A stretch of DNA of 64,000 bases, from assembly GCA_030704615.1 (NCBI GenBank), contig CM060731.1, positions 30,876,001-30,940,000 of the forward strand. The letters are read 5' to 3'. This DNA comes from Takakia lepidozioides. Lineage: Eukaryota > Plantae > Bryophyta. The translations under genes and the position numbers were made by a program. The notes beneath the pieces were generated by a model that worked only from the letters and a program-made list of their open reading frames with translations, was not told the origin of the DNA and did not search any database. Shown here piece by piece: positions 38,400 to 52,147 of the stretch. Position 1 is the first letter of the stretch. The number at the start of each line of letters is the position of its first letter.

Positions 38400-39127
38400 C
38401 AGTGTTGGACCGGTATATAGGTCTTGGGCGGATATCAACTAGGGTAAGGGTAAAGGTATAAAGGATCATACCAGGCGGGCAAAACCCGGCAATACCCTGT
38501 TGGGGTGGGATACATTGACTTCTAAAACCCTGGCGCAAAACATACCAGTCTGGTCTTTTTCCTTGCACTACCACTCCAATACCCTGCATGCGTCGGTTGA
38601 GGGACCGGATGTAGGGGTAGGGTTTAGGGTAGTTTTTGAGGGAGGTCAAAAACAATTATTGAGGTAATATCTGTTTTCAAAACCGTTATATATTTTTTTT
38701 AAAAGAAAATTACCTCAACAATAGTTTTTGAGGGAGGTAAAAAATAATTGTTGAGGTAATATCTATTTTTAAAACCATTATGTTTTTTTTAAAAAGAAAA
38801 TTACCTCAACAATAGTTTTTGAGGGAGGTGAATAGTTGAAATCTTAATATGATTTTAAGGGCCTCCGTCCTTTTAAAAAAAAATAAAAAAAAATTATTTT
38901 TTATTTTTAAACCAGACCCTGGCACATACCAGGCTGGCATGACTTTTAAAAATTTGCTTAATACCATACCAGTCAGATTTTCACTTTGATACCCTACCAT
39001 ATACCATACCAGGCTATTAAATTTATACATCATTTGATACCAGTACCACACTGGTTTCAATAATTCAACTGTACCCCAATACCTTACCCTAGTGGTATCA
39101 AAAAACCATGATACCAGTCCAACACTG
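38400..39127. mobile_element. Non-autonomous hAT element (MITE)
   Basis: Terminal inverted repeats CAGTGTTGGACCGGTAT / ATACCAGTCCAACACTG, with a perfect 8-bp TSD GAATTTAC (38392-38399 and 39128-39135). It has many subterminal ATACC motifs and an internal AT-rich repeat at 38630-38830. Confidence 0.93.
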
Positions 39128-40855
39128 GAATTTACGACAGAATATTCGATTTGTTGTTGGAGGTCGAAAAAGTGCGAAATTTCGCTAGTAATACCAACTC
39201 CAACTGTTGGAGTTGGGGATAAAACCTGCATGGAGGTAATCTATTGAGTTTTGAAGGGCACGAAGCTTGCGTTCTTCTGGAACTGGAAGCTTGGGCATTA
39301 TATCCTTTCTTCCCCTCTAGTTACTTGATACCTTTGCATATCCAGCACAATGACAAGGTCCCTAGTCTTGAAGAAGTTCGATCCAGAGAAAGGGATACCC
39401 CCCAACTCAATTTTTGAAGAGAGTGGGATTCCAGCAGAGTGAGACGCGAGCACCTTTGGGCCATCAGGGCAACCAGCATGTATGAATCCTTCATGTCAAG
39501 AGTCGAGAGGCCAGTGAATGAGTGGATTATGCTTGTACCACATTGTCGATCTGTAGTGTATAGTCACATTCCTTTGAATCCTTTGAACTCAGGAGAACCA
39601 AGAAACCTCCAGACCAATCTGTAGCAAATTGGTCCATATCTTGGTCCTTAGATGCACATTAAAGCATTAGTACAAGAGGGACAAAAGTTGTGTGAATGCC
39701 TTGTGTGAAGGCCTTGGGGAGGAAAACCAAGAAAAGGAGGTGTGTGGCGAATTGCCCCACCATAATCAATGCCACCTAGGCACCATATTATTCCCAAGTG
39801 TATTGGTCCGGGAGTGTAAAGGCAATATTACCAAGAAGATGCCCTCAACCAAAAGGACCAGTGCATTTTGAGTTGGTCTTGGTCTGTAAAGTGGCCTTCC
39901 GACAGCTGCTTTCACTATGCCCCCCATGGAGGCCAGCCATAGCAATTGGCCAATCACAACATGCAATGCCCATCGTGACAAATTTGCACAACCACCATTT
40001 AATGCTACTTTGATGGATCCCTACAACAGCACAGAATGGAGAGAGCTGCTGCTGCTGTTAGCAAAGACTGTCTGATAGCTGTCAGGAGGGAAGCCAGAGT
40101 AAGACCTCAGACCAACATGAAAGAATGATGGAAGAACTTGTCAGTTAGAACAGGCGACGAATTGCTCTATGTGCAAACTAGGCCCTCAAATATGTTACCA
40201 GATAAGAAAAGTTTGCTCTGAGGAGCATCCAAGTGAGAATCCACCGATAAGAAACTCAGCACTCATGTTGTGAATCGATGCCTACTGCTCAGAAAACTCT
40301 TTGCAGATTCACTTCCAACATGGGTAGTTACTGTGGCCTGGCATCTGTGGCCCACATTCACATTTTATCTGCAAAGACAATCTCATGAGTGTGATCAACA
40401 TATCCCCATCTTTGATACGACACTCTAAGTACTTGTCTTTCTACAAAAACCATACCTGCACAGCTAGACACCTCATCAAACCTACCACTGCACCTCACCA
40501 TGGATGTTGGCTGCTCAGCTCCCATGTGCCTTCTGAAACTGTCCATTTACTACACCAATTGGCTGATGACTGCTTGATGCCAAGGGCTCATACGAGCAGG
40601 AGATAACTTGTAACTGCAATGAATGTCCATGTAAGATGAACGGCTCATGCAAAACCACCAACACAGAAGGACATTTGGGGCAGCCCCGCTCCAGCGCGCT
40701 GACGGACAGGGAACACAGTCGAAAGATGGACGGTAGGAACAAACAGCATAAAAAGTCACATGTGTATACTGGAACAAGAGGTCAGGGTCGTGAGCTGAAA
40801 GCTGGCTGGCTGGCTTACAAAGGCTGTGAGCGGCCACTTAAGGAATAAGGAAAAC

Positions 40856-41470
40856 TCACTCCATGACCGCTGTCCCTCCCACAGCTTTCAACTTCTCAAT
40901 GATTTGCTCCGCCTCCTCCTTGGTCACTCCCTTTTTCAGTAAAGCTGGGGTCTTCTCCACAAGTTCCTTGGCCTCCTTAAGTCCCAAAGCTGTGAATGTC
41001 CGGACCTCCTTTATAATCTTAATCTTCGAGGCCGTTTCAAATTTCTCGAGCTTCACATCAAATGCCGTCTTCTCAGGTTCCTTCTCTTCAGCTGCCTGAG
41101 GTGGGCCACCGGCACCGGGCATGCCAGCCATCCCAGGCATCATTCCCATTGGCATCATCGGCATATTATTCAATCCTAATTTTTTCTTCAACAGCGTTGT
41201 GAGATCCGAAACTTCAAGTAGAGTGAGGCTGGAAATTTCATCAACTAGCCTGTGAATCTTCTCCGATGGAGGGGTTCTGTGCTCATTCGGGTCGTAATCG
41301 GGTTCGCTTGCGGCCGCACTCCCATGTGCTCTTGTTCCCCGACCTCTGCACGCCGCGGACAAGAGAGAGACGGCTGACAGATCCCTTTCTGAGATGCCCG
41401 GGCGCCCAGCTATGTGATGGAAGGATCGCAACAGCGAGCGGGCAGCAGGACGAGGCAAGAACTGACTCAT
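40856..41470 (-). CDS. RPL12: Organellar (probably mitochondrial) ribosomal protein L7/L12, intronless
   Basis: Arg/Ser-rich transit peptide, LTLLEVSDL, and [12 protein letters not shown]...[24 protein letters not shown]. Confidence 0.96.
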   Translation of the reverse strand: MSQFLPRPAARSLLRSFHHIAGRPGISERDLSAVSLLSAACRGRGTRAHGSAAASEPDYDPNEHRTPPSEKIHRLVDEISSLTLLEVSDLTTLLKKKLGLNNMPMMPMGMMPGMAGMPGAGGPPQAAEEKEPEKTAFDVKLEKFETASKIKIIKEVRTFTALGLKEAKELVEKTPALLKKGVTKEEAEQIIEKLKAVGGTAVME

Positions 41471-43599
41471 AGCAGGAAGCTCCCTTGCTCTGCAATGGGC
41501 CCCGTCTTCTTTGCCTCCCGCTCTTTTTCATGTGCCTGCTCACCTCCCCCTCAGTGCAGCATTCCTTCTAATGCTACCCCCACGCTCACAATTTCATGCT
41601 GCCACCAATGCAGGGAAGTGCCACCAATCCCGAGCTTATTCTGTCTTCCTTGAAAGCCTGTTGGCCTCTCAACTACTCAAAACACTACTCAATCTATGAT
41701 TAGTGCTATCTCCAAGGTATCTTGGATTCCTAATGCCCTCTAGCCTTTGAAGTATTTCCTGCTATGGCGGTCAGGAGCCTAGCGTTCTGTGGAAACACAA
41801 CAATATAACAGGACACAAACCCACGAACAAAACCTCAACTACTTAAGGTCTGATGAGCTCCAGCTCCGAGGTATGTTTCTTTCCTGCAAAATGCACTCTG
41901 CCTGCCGAGATATTTCAAAAACCCACAAACTGAAAAACCCTCGACCACCTGAGCAAATGCTGTTGTCTTGATCCGAGGCCTTCTGAGTCTTGTCTTCCGA
42001 ATACCCTCCAAATGCTCAGAGCCGTCCAGCTACGGAGGTGAGGGGCGTGCCCTAAAGGAAGAAGAACTGATGAGAAAGAATACACAAAGCCGCCACAGCT
42101 CCGGCTTCTCGGCTAAGATTTAAGGTTACTAACCCTAACTAGGTATGACCCATTTTACAATTCTACTTTATTGTATGCAAAAGAGCAATTGGTCCACTGT
42201 TCCCCCCTAAACCCACTGAGCTGTTCACATCTTGCTAGAAACAATCATAAGCTTGCCAGGTGAACCCAGCAGATTCAAATTGGGCTTTGCTATGTTTGCC
42301 TATCCATGTAACACATATATACATATGAGGCCAACCAAAGTTAGCGTAAATAAGCCCTTGCGGGTATTGCCCCAATTTAGGAGTGACTCCAACCGAAGCT
42401 AGCGTAAATAAGAGCCACTTCCCCTTGCGGGTACTGCCCCCCTTAGGGAGCGATTCCACCGAGCTGTCGCTGCACTCACATCTTCTAGAGTTTAGACGGT
42501 AGGGACAGGCCAAGACTGATTGGTCCATTCCGTTGTTGGCCGGTCCAATCTTTATTTTTCGACCTTCAGGAACAACCCCTGCCAGGATTTGGGGCCCTTT
42601 CAGAAGGCAATGGGTCAAAGATCATGGTCGGAGAAGGAACATTCTTATTGTTATTTTTGGTAGAAAAGGAGTCTAACCTTACAAAAAAGTGCATGCACAT
42701 GCAAGAAGGGAAGATATTGCCACCAGACAGAAAGAACAAACAGTTGTTGTGGAGTGCAGATGCACAGCGCAGTAGGTCCACTCAATGGAACGCAATGGTA
42801 TTCTTTTCGTCACAAGTACAGGCGTTTATTTCTGAAGGCCTCATTTCTTATTTTTTAATTTGCAATGGAAGTCCACACTGATGATCAACTCTATTGTTTA
42901 CTATTGGTGGGTAAGTAGGTTTCGCATGTCGATGGGTTGAATGCTGATATCCAAAGATAGGTAATGTATGAATATTCATGTGAGGTATGTACTATATACC
43001 CAAGACATTGGCCCTCCGCTTGACTTCAAAGTAGAAGTCCTGAACTATGTCAGCTGCATTGTAGATCTCAATGAACAACTCTTGCCAACATATTGATGTA
43101 GTGGAAAATTGCACCACTGCAGCTTTTTTACATGGATTGCTTATGTAGTACTGGTAAGGGTAACTGGATGTAGTCCCCTTGTATCTAACTTACACTCTTA
43201 GTTTAAGCACAGCCGTGGACATTTCTCTTTCACTTTGGAGGACGTTCTTCCATCTCAAGAGAGCTGTTTCCTGGTTGTTCGATACGAAACATGGTCTGCA
43301 CAATATGGAGTCTAGCCTTACATCTTAGTGGTAAATGTTGCACCACAGATGCTGATGTACAGCTCGCTATTTGGACACAGCTAAGCATGCTAGATTGTGC
43401 CATGCCACTACACCCTGTGGAGGCATACTTGGGCACAAATTATTTTCATTACATTATTGCCCCACCGATGGCCGCGGGTCAGGGTAATTTTGATATAGAT
43501 CTTTCCAGACCTCCTCTGAGTTGTGAAGTATAGAGTTAGAAAACTGATAGAGGGCATCATGACCAATGTGGAACAGCAGAACTGAGAGACTGTGGTGTG

Positions 43600-44813
43600 A
43601 CCAGAAGACTGATGTTCCAAAGATATCACACTGCATAACTTGGAAGGAATATTTCTGCACAGCTTTTATTCATGAAAGTTCCTTAAGCTCTGCATGCAGA
43701 TATGAGAGGAAACCAACTGTGTCTCTCTCTGTTTACAACACAAAAATTGTGATGGTTCTATGATGTTTGAATATGACCCAATTGACCTAACTTGGGGATC
43801 TTGCCAGGGTTCCTGCACTCCACAATGCTTAAGCCAAATTTCCGGACAAGATATTTCTGGGTTTCACAGTACCTTCATGCTTCTGTTCCCTCATGGCAAC
43901 CAAATGTGCGAGCATCACTCGCGGAGTGGAAACAGTGCGAAGTCACTGGGATGTGTGGGACTTCCTCAGTGAGGTCAGAGCGTGCACACCAAACTGAATC
44001 CAATGAGGGCTCGGCATAGGCAGGGACAGCAACACATCCTAGTCCTACATAGTGTACTGGAGCCCTTGGCATGCAAATGGAAACTGCACTCCCAGACCCA
44101 TCCTTCCAGTTTCACCATACCTGCCAACTCGGTGTTGATTTGGCATGAAATCAGCGTTCCCACTTCCGTGTTTGCATGAAGAGCTGACACTTCCCACCCT
44201 GTGTACTTATAGAGTTGGAACAAACTTATCACCCGGTTCCAGTATTGGAAAGAAGGTAGTAGTAGTGGTCTGTACTAACCAGAAGACTGAATGTTCCAAA
44301 GATATCACACTGCATAACTTGGAAGGAATATTTACAGTTCTGAACTGCACAGCTTTTATTCATGAAAGTTCCTTAAGCTCTGCATGCAGATATGAGAGGA
44401 AACCAACTGTGTGTCTCTCTGTTTACAACACAAAAATTGTGAGGGTTCTATGATGTTTGAATATGACACGATTGACCTAACTTGGGGATCTTGCCAAGGT
44501 TCCTGCACTCCACAATGCTTAAGCGAAATTTCCAGACAAGATCCGTCTGGGTTTCACAGTACCTTCATGCTTCTGTTCCCTCATGGCAACAAATGTGAGA
44601 GCATCACTCGCTGAGTGGAAACAGTGCGAAGTCACTGGGATGTGTGGGACTTCCTCAGTGAGGTCAGAGAGTGCACACCAAACTGAATCCAATGAGGGCA
44701 CGGCATAGGCAGGGACAGCAACACATCCTAGTCCTACATAGTGTACTGGAGCCCTTGGCATCCAAATGGAAACTGCACTCCCAGACCCATCCTTCCAGTT
44801 TCGCCATACCTGC
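43600..44813 (-). pseudogene. Direct duplication (43600-44124 / 44278-44813) of a Vps62/DUF946-like exon fragment
   Basis: Two near-identical ~530-bp copies encode VWRNWKDGSGSAVSIWMPRAPVHYVGLGCVAVPAY.PSLDSVWC. The left copy has CGA>TGA. No rest of the gene is visible. Confidence 0.7.
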
Positions 44814-45208
44814 AAAGGAAGAGCAGCACACACACGCAAAACCAAAAAAGAAGAGTCAGATGCTGCATCCGCAAGACAGCAACCTTCACATCCGCGCTGG
44901 CGGCAGCTGTCTACCACCCTGTCGTCAGTTACTTTGTACGTGGAGGATTACTTCATGTACACGCCAGCCTCACCCACCGATACTCGTAAATCCGCCAACC
45001 CAGGCAGACGAGGATAAAGTGAACTCTTTGGCAAATAGATGCAGTCAATTGGGAGGGGAAAGAATGGGGAGAGAATGGGGAGAGAATGGGGAGAGAATGG
45101 GGAAAGGATGAGACGAATTTTGATACCCCAGGGAGAAGAACAACAGACAGAAAAGGGAAAAGAACATCTGGATTTACCCTTCTCATGAGGCCTTACATAT
45201 GTCCAATT

Positions 45209-46925
45209 TCATTCCAAACCAAGAATGTGCTGCAACTCTGCATGCTCTCTCTTGCAATCTTCAGAGCTCTTGATGTCCCGGGAAAACCCGAAATCAATCA
45301 AACGAACTTCCCGTCCTTCACCCAATACCAAAATGTTGCTTCTCCGGATGTCCCCATGAAGTATGCCAGAGTTATGTACGACCCGAAGGGCTTCAACTGT
45401 TGCACTCACAACTTCTGGGGTCACCTTTCCTGGACAAAACCATGCATCCAATAGATTAGCACCCTACTAGAATGCTAGGTAATTTTGAAACAGACAAATG
45501 ACAATATAACAGGACAATTATCTCATTGTATGTACAACCTTACCAAATCCAAGTTCATGACCTTTTGATAAGGTCTGTCGCAATGTACACTATCGTGCCA
45601 TTCACAGTTGTCCCGTACGAGATAAGAGCTGGGACGATAGTCCCCCAATACTTCCTTAGCTTCTGATAAACACAAATCTCATTTATGAGAGCCTGCACAA
45701 GCAAACACATAATATGAGCCAGCAAAACTAACATAGAACAGATTTCTGAAAGAAGGAGATGCCAGCAAAACTAACATAGAACAGATTTTTGAAAGAAGGA
45801 GATGCCAGCAAAAGTGAAAAGGCTTACCATTGCACGTTCTGAGCCTTTCGGTGCGAGTTTGACTACCACCAGGTGGCTCTCAACCCTGCCATGTACGGCA
45901 GCCCCGCTCCATCCCACAGCAAAGGGGTGCCTCGCCAAATGCAACCTGCTTGCAGGTATGTCCGTCATTGTCGGACATTGACTCCTTGTCCTGAAATCAC
46001 TCCTTGTCCTTTTGCTGGGGGGGTAGCTTGGTCGCTCAGATCTCTGGGATCGATAATTTGGATCTGCATTGCTACCTGGGTCACCTGGGTCTTGGCTGGA
46101 TCCTCCTCCGTCATCACCTCCCCGGTCTGAGGGAGAAAATGTCTCCAAATGCGTTGGAAATTCGAATAAGCTCATGTCCTCCAAAGCTGACTTGATGAGC
46201 CACGCAAGGGCAGCGACCAATGTCGGATCGTCCCCGGTCCAAGAGATCCCGTCACTGATATATAAACGACGCTCTACATGCTGCAGGAGAAAAGTCCAAT
46301 CCAGCGTTGATACCATTCCGTAACCAACCTTCCTGTCCAACATATAGTTGTACACTTGCAAAACAGCGTTATACATGTGTCTCTGCCTATCTTGCAAAGT
46401 TGGAGCACGTAGAGAAGCCTCGTACAGGCTAGGGATAGCATTAGTTGTGCTACTAGAAAATCCTAGTTTCTTCACCTCTCCTACCATGAGGTATTTTTCA
46501 TCCTTTACGACCACAAGGTCAGCATATGAGGTGCGTCCTACGGTCGCAGGGAGCTCACGTATGTGCTCATCTGGACCGGTTGCTGCTGCTGTTCTGAGAT
46601 GGCTCTGACTCCCAGAGTGATCGTTCAAATGAACCTCCATGGATCCATACTTCAGTTTCAGAAACGAAGCCACACAGCTGACAACATTATAGCAACCAGC
46701 CTGTGTATCCGCCTCACTGGTAGGACGAGTCTGTACTGGATTTTGAATGACCTTGTACACGGGACGCGCTTTTTCTGCTGCCAAAACATAGTCTCGAGTT
46801 GGTTCCCCGATCTCCCAACGCTCTTTTGCCTCTGGAACCCATTCCCCAGTCCTTGCTGAGCTTGAGCTGTGCCTGAGCCTAGTGTAGGTGTACCAAGAAA
46901 GTTTGGCAAACTTTGTTGTAGCCAC
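45209..46925 (-). CDS. Crinkler-like PD-(D/E)xK nuclease-fold + protein kinase gene (3 exons, one apparent frameshift)
   Basis: Nuclease-like ADLVVV...VGEVKK and QVYNYM...YGMVST. Kinase motifs GWSG, VVVK, then exon ~45692-45544 (ALINEICVYQKL), HGDIRRSN and IDFG. An extra base in the T4 run (45563-45566) gives a premature stop. Confidence 0.78.
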
Positions 46926-47225
46926 TTTTTCTCAGTGAGATTGCCTGCACGAGAGCACGAGAGGCACGGTCAGAAAGAGTTTGAAGCAAGAAACCTGTCA
47001 TTGCACACCTGGCCTAGCACTTCCTTTCCTGTCCAAGCATGCAGACATTGGAAGAAAGAGAAAGCTCCATAGCATATTGAAAAGGGCCTTTCTTGGCCAT
47101 TTTTCCTGAAAGTCCCCTATATTCCTGATCAGACCATTGAGCAGAGTGGAAGCCAGAAAGACTTGACAATTCCCAAACATTCAGAGCTGCACACCATTGG
47201 TGGCTCAGAAAATCAAAGAGCTTCT

Positions 47226-48333
47226 TCACTCAAATGCCCACTGATTTTCCCACCTAACTTCCTCTTCTTCCTTGGGGATGAAGTCATTCTTGATGTTGAA
47301 TCTCCTCTGGAGTCTTACGTTCAATCCTATCATCGAGAGTCTGCTGTGTCAAGTCCAGAAGGTGTTTGATATTGAGAGAGCTTGCTGCCTGTTCACATAC
47401 AAGACAAACCCCAGTAAGTTCCATACTCTTGAGTAATAACACTTTGGCTATGCTCTTCAAGCGCTAGGACTAAGAATAAGAGGGACATCACAGTTCGCCC
47501 AACAATCAGTGCTTGACCAGAGTAGAAGAGGAAATAGAGAGGCGTATAACTCAGTCCATCAATTCTAAGAAGATTTTTCCTTGACAGTCACTATGGGGAG
47601 GGGAGGTTTCTGGTCGGTCACTACAAACAAACAAAATACATCGTGTAGCGGAATCTGTAAACATCACAGGGCGGCTGACCTCACGCCACATACACCCATG
47701 TTGAAATCCAAACTCACATAGCAATCTAGGGGTAAGACCTTGTAGAGTGTGCAATTCGACAGCACTACAACTTCGGTACATAGCAACAAGGACACCCAAC
47801 ACCGTAAAACATCTTCCAAGCATCCTTCATCTTCTCTGTCACCCAGAACTTTCCTTAAACCAACTGTATTTCAGATTCCCGAGAGTATTTAGAAGAGCCT
47901 CTTCATACTCATGCACCATTTCCGGGTAATGTGCAAAGGTGCTCTCGCGGGTCTCCGATTCATAGGTCATGTAACGTACGTTCTAAGAAGTGCCTATGAA
48001 GTGCCTATGAAGACCCAACAGAAGAGCGCTTACCAACATTAGACCATATAGAGTTGCCTGATGAACATCCACGAACTCTTGATCCCACGCCTTGATTTCA
48101 TCCTCGGGAGTGGCTGGCTTGTCATCACCGGCCTTCTGATTGTCCATGTGATACTTGCAATACTCAATAACCTTGGCCAAAATCTTACCGCGCACAGTCG
48201 GCAGAGGGATGGGATGATCCATGCCAGTTTCTTCTATCATCTTCTTCACAAACTGAGACTCCAAGGCCACGGCCTCCTCCACCTCAAACATCTCATCATC
48301 CGAGCTCTTCAACTTCACCTTCTTCTCCGCCAT
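47226..48333 (-). pseudogene. SKP1: SKP1-like gene with a frameshifting deletion in exon 2
   Basis: Exon 1 (48333-48034) reads MAEKKVKLKSSDDEMFEV...ILAKVIEYCKYH. Exon 2 from 47388 reads [14 protein letters not shown]...KTPEEI, then shifts out of frame relative to [24 protein letters not shown]. Confidence 0.88.
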
Positions 48334-48887
48334 GGCAACGTTCGTTCCGCTCCTTGCAACGAAGCCGTGAATGCTCTGCAACCAAACCTTAGAGCCGCGA
48401 ATTGTGAGCAACACCAGAGTGGGATGCACGCAAGCAAAGTGATGCGCATGCGAGCCCAGCGAGGGAGGACGGGGAGGTCGCGAGGGAGGCCTGCACTCAC
48501 GCAGTTTTGGCAGATACCCTGGACATTGGAAAGGTTGAGTTCATCCCGCAGGAACTCTGCCATCCTTAGTACTGTTACTATCAACGTACACAGGAATAGC
48601 CAACAAGGATTTGCCTGAAAACTCCAACAGGAGTTATGATGGACATAGTTCATCAACCGCTGTTACTCCCCTCCTCGCCCTCCTTTAATTTCCTGGATCA
48701 ATTGCAATTGTTCTGCCTGTCCAACTCACATCAAGTTGCCCCCAAACCCACTCACAACCTCATTTCCACCTCATATACATTCTTCGAACAAGCGTGCATG
48801 CTCCCACATCCATTAATTACAGTATGGAACTGCCACCCAACAACCAAGCTATTCCATCCTTCTGAGGCAGCTCTAAGTCCAGGTAGT

Positions 48888-48985
48888 ACCAGTAAGAGCC
48901 TCCTCAAATCGCAGAGTTTCTCGTGAACCTGAGCCCGATGCGTCAGTGCCTTGATGTATTTTGCATCTAGTTCAAGTGCTTTGTG
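48888..48985 (-). pseudogene. TPR-repeat exon remnant (TTC1-like)
   Basis: Reads KALELDAKYIKALTHRAQVHEKL, then out of frame FEEALT, then a GT donor. Confidence 0.6.
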
Positions 48986-51900
48986 CTCTCTTTCACTGCT
49001 CCTTCATAGTTCTTCTGCAGAGCATAACCCAACCACAAGCCTTGTCAAGCTGCCTCGTGGTTGGCAACAAAACTGCAAAGCAATAACACCCGTATGACAT
49101 TTCACACCTTTGCACAATCATCCAACATGCCAGTTCCATGACACATGGCTTCCTGGATGTGATCTTACTTTTACACTAGTGGTTCAAGAGAAAGGGATTG
49201 CCGTTCAAAAGACACAGTTGATTGGCTTCATGTGATTAGATCATGGAAGTAATCTTCGCAGTCAGCTACAATATACAACACTTAATATGTGAACTAGATT
49301 CAGTGTATTAGATAGATGTCCATGATTTTGGTGAGAGAAAGAAATGAGAATGACCCATACTGTAATCCCTGATCCCCCTAGTCTCTCTCTTTCCTCTCCT
49401 TTCTCTAAGATACGATCTCATCAGCTGTTAGTATTTCCAAACAGAGAGTCAACCAACAATGCCCTATAGACTGTCACTCAGGAATACAATGTCCAGATAA
49501 TGACATTAAGTCTCTCTGGAGTACAAGGGCAGTTCTTCTTTTCCTCTGTTTGTTCCTTGTTTCTGGTAAGTGCACAGGCAAGCCTCTAGAAACACTCAAA
49601 CCAACACATTCTTTGTAGATAAGGATTTAGTACCTTAAGGTGAGCAGAAGCTTCTTCTGTGCTAGTAGTTTCAGCTACAAATCAGCACCATGTTTGCCCT
49701 ATGGAATTTCAGCAGGGTCCCTGCATCACCACCACAGTCACCTCTAAGAAGTCATAATAATGAAAAGAAGGGCCACCGAAGACGAAAGACGAGCCCCACA
49801 CCGACCTACTTACCTACATTATCCTCCAGTATAGTATGAGCCTCAAGTGTGGAAAATACAGTTGCACATGATTATGTTGTGATACTGCATACATTCAATT
49901 TTCAACATGCGTTACAGTTCGCTCAACAGATGAAATTGATATGCCTATAAGGGAAGACATGGGAAGTATCTTACTTCACACCATAGACACCATGACCCGC
50001 TTTCCCTGAAATACCAGAAAAAGCCTCCCTGCATCATACATGCTTTCATACTAACTAGATCATGCTTGCCGTGCCCTTCAGGGAATACAGCAGTTGCTTT
50101 GGCAGGCAATTCTGAGGAAGGCAATTCTAGGCAAAGGTCAACACCTCTCCCTCACCGTTCCTCCTCCAACAAGCCTGCCCTCCTTCGCTGCACTGCATTG
50201 CCTCGCAGTCTCGTCTCCGTTAGCTCGCCGTTAGTGCGTCGGTCGTTAGCAACCGATGGCATGTCCCGATCATTGCCAACCCACCGGTTATCCCCGGTGG
50301 CTCGCCTTCCTTTGGCAATGGTATCACCTAGTCCAGAGTGTTTGAAGGCAACAAGTAATTTGAACAAGTTGATTTGAGCCTACGATCAAAGTCAAGGCGT
50401 AGTAATGGGAATTATGGAAGTGCTAGGGTGTACTTTCTGTCATACCCAAAGGAAACATTGGCCCAATTGCCTCTCTGTAGGATGTGGGATGCCACTACAA
50501 TAACTTAATGTTGTTTGCTTTGGACTTCAACTATACTTCACTCTTGTTCACTACATGGGAACAAAAATATTACTCGTCATTGGTGTGAGCCTCTAAAGAA
50601 TTTTGTCATATATGCAGTTTGAAGAATGATTCATTCACTAGGTCTTGTTTGGCATGATGGTTACACACTGGCTTGGGGCCAAACTGAAGAAACATGGAAG
50701 GTTGGGGTGGTCCCAAATTTTGGGCAGTGCCGAAACCTGTCTAGGTCAAAAAAGGTGTCCACTAAAGGCCGTAGGGTGAAGTGATACCGTAAGTTGAGCT
50801 TGCTTTGGCTCTCTCTCTCTCTCTCTCTTTAAGTCAAAATGTATGAAACAAGTGATGATGCTGGCTGCCATTCTTCTCTTGGGAGCCACCACCATGGATC
50901 ATAAAACCTCCACTCTAACCAAGCTGGAATGCATACTTTGGGTGGGTTCTCACCATTCCAATTTGCAGGGGCTTCACTGTAAATAGCTCTAGTTTATCCA
51001 CAGGAAAAAGGTTCCAAAAACTACAAACAAGGAAACCTGAAGTGCTAGTGTTGCAAGAAGAGCGCGCTTTGTAGAATCCATGGTGGGTGTAGTGGGACGT
51101 TAGAGAGATAGGAGAGAGCGCATGAGTGTGGGAAAGGAAACTTGAAATTCGGGCAAGTGTAACCTGAATGGTCGGCGAGCTCAGTGCTGAGGCAGGGCCA
51201 TGGTGACCTAAATGAGAAGTGGGTCCGTAGGGATCCAAAATGGTGGTGCAAGTGTGTATTCCTGGCTGCCCCCAGTGTGTACTGGCCCTTAGATTTGGAA
51301 TCAGATGGAATATATATATACTTCTAATGTGTATCTTGATCGACACAGACTGGTGGGTCCACATGCAAAGTGGCGCTTTGCTACTCGACTAAGATTCTAG
51401 AATGCATTTCTCAATTGGAGACTTTTATAAGATGCACCTACACTTGCACAGCTGTTTAGGACATCTGCACTTGTCACCTGCTTTGTTCCTGATGAGCTCA
51501 GAAAACACCTGAAAACGTTTTAGTTACCGCAGAATTGTCTGAGGTCCAAATGAATAATTACAGTGCGCTCTTTACTGAAGCAACTCTCAATTGTTTTTGC
51601 CTATCTTTCCATGTTTAGCTAGTTGCAGACAATATGCAAAAAACCCCAACCAAACAGACTATCTGGCTCTAAATTGCTGACTATTGCTTGCAATTCCTGC
51701 AATGACCAAAATGTGGTCACCAAGCTGTGCACAAGCACCTTGCTCCTTTGTTGCTCCATGACAATCTACAGCAAGTAGCCTTTGCTTCCAGACATTCTTA
51801 TCAAGTTCAATGTATACATTCATTTTCAGACTAGCTGTTGTTGAGAAAAGATCTTGCACTTCTTAACCACAAACAACAAAAGTCTTCCCGTCATCCCATT

Positions 51901-52147
51901 TGGTTGGGAGAGTAACTCCCATTCCTCCTAGGAATTGCACTCCTGAAGGGCTTCACTTGGTTCTAAGATGTTGTCACAGAATGCCAAACAGGACTTGTCA
52001 AGACTGCCTGAGAATATAAAGCAAGACCGACACACCCGTGTCTGGTACAAATCACCATGTACAATCGTAGGATGATTCCAAAGTTGAGCTGCTTCTCACC
52101 ACCGGCAACAAAAACTTTGGTGGAGTGATTGCACTATGCAGCAGCTG

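Noticed and set aside
41788-42229. Possible LTR (TGTGGAA...TTCACA) upstream of RPL12
   Set aside because: No TSD and no convincing PBS or PPT; it cannot be supported without a repeat library.
45060-45812. AGAATGGGGAG x3 repeat and a 43-bp intronic tandem duplication
   Set aside because: Ordinary slippage duplications with no functional indication.
46925-48333. SKP1 exon 1 spliced in frame to the nuclease-kinase as an N-terminal header
   Set aside because: The nearest acceptor (~46944) in phase 0 runs into a stop codon.
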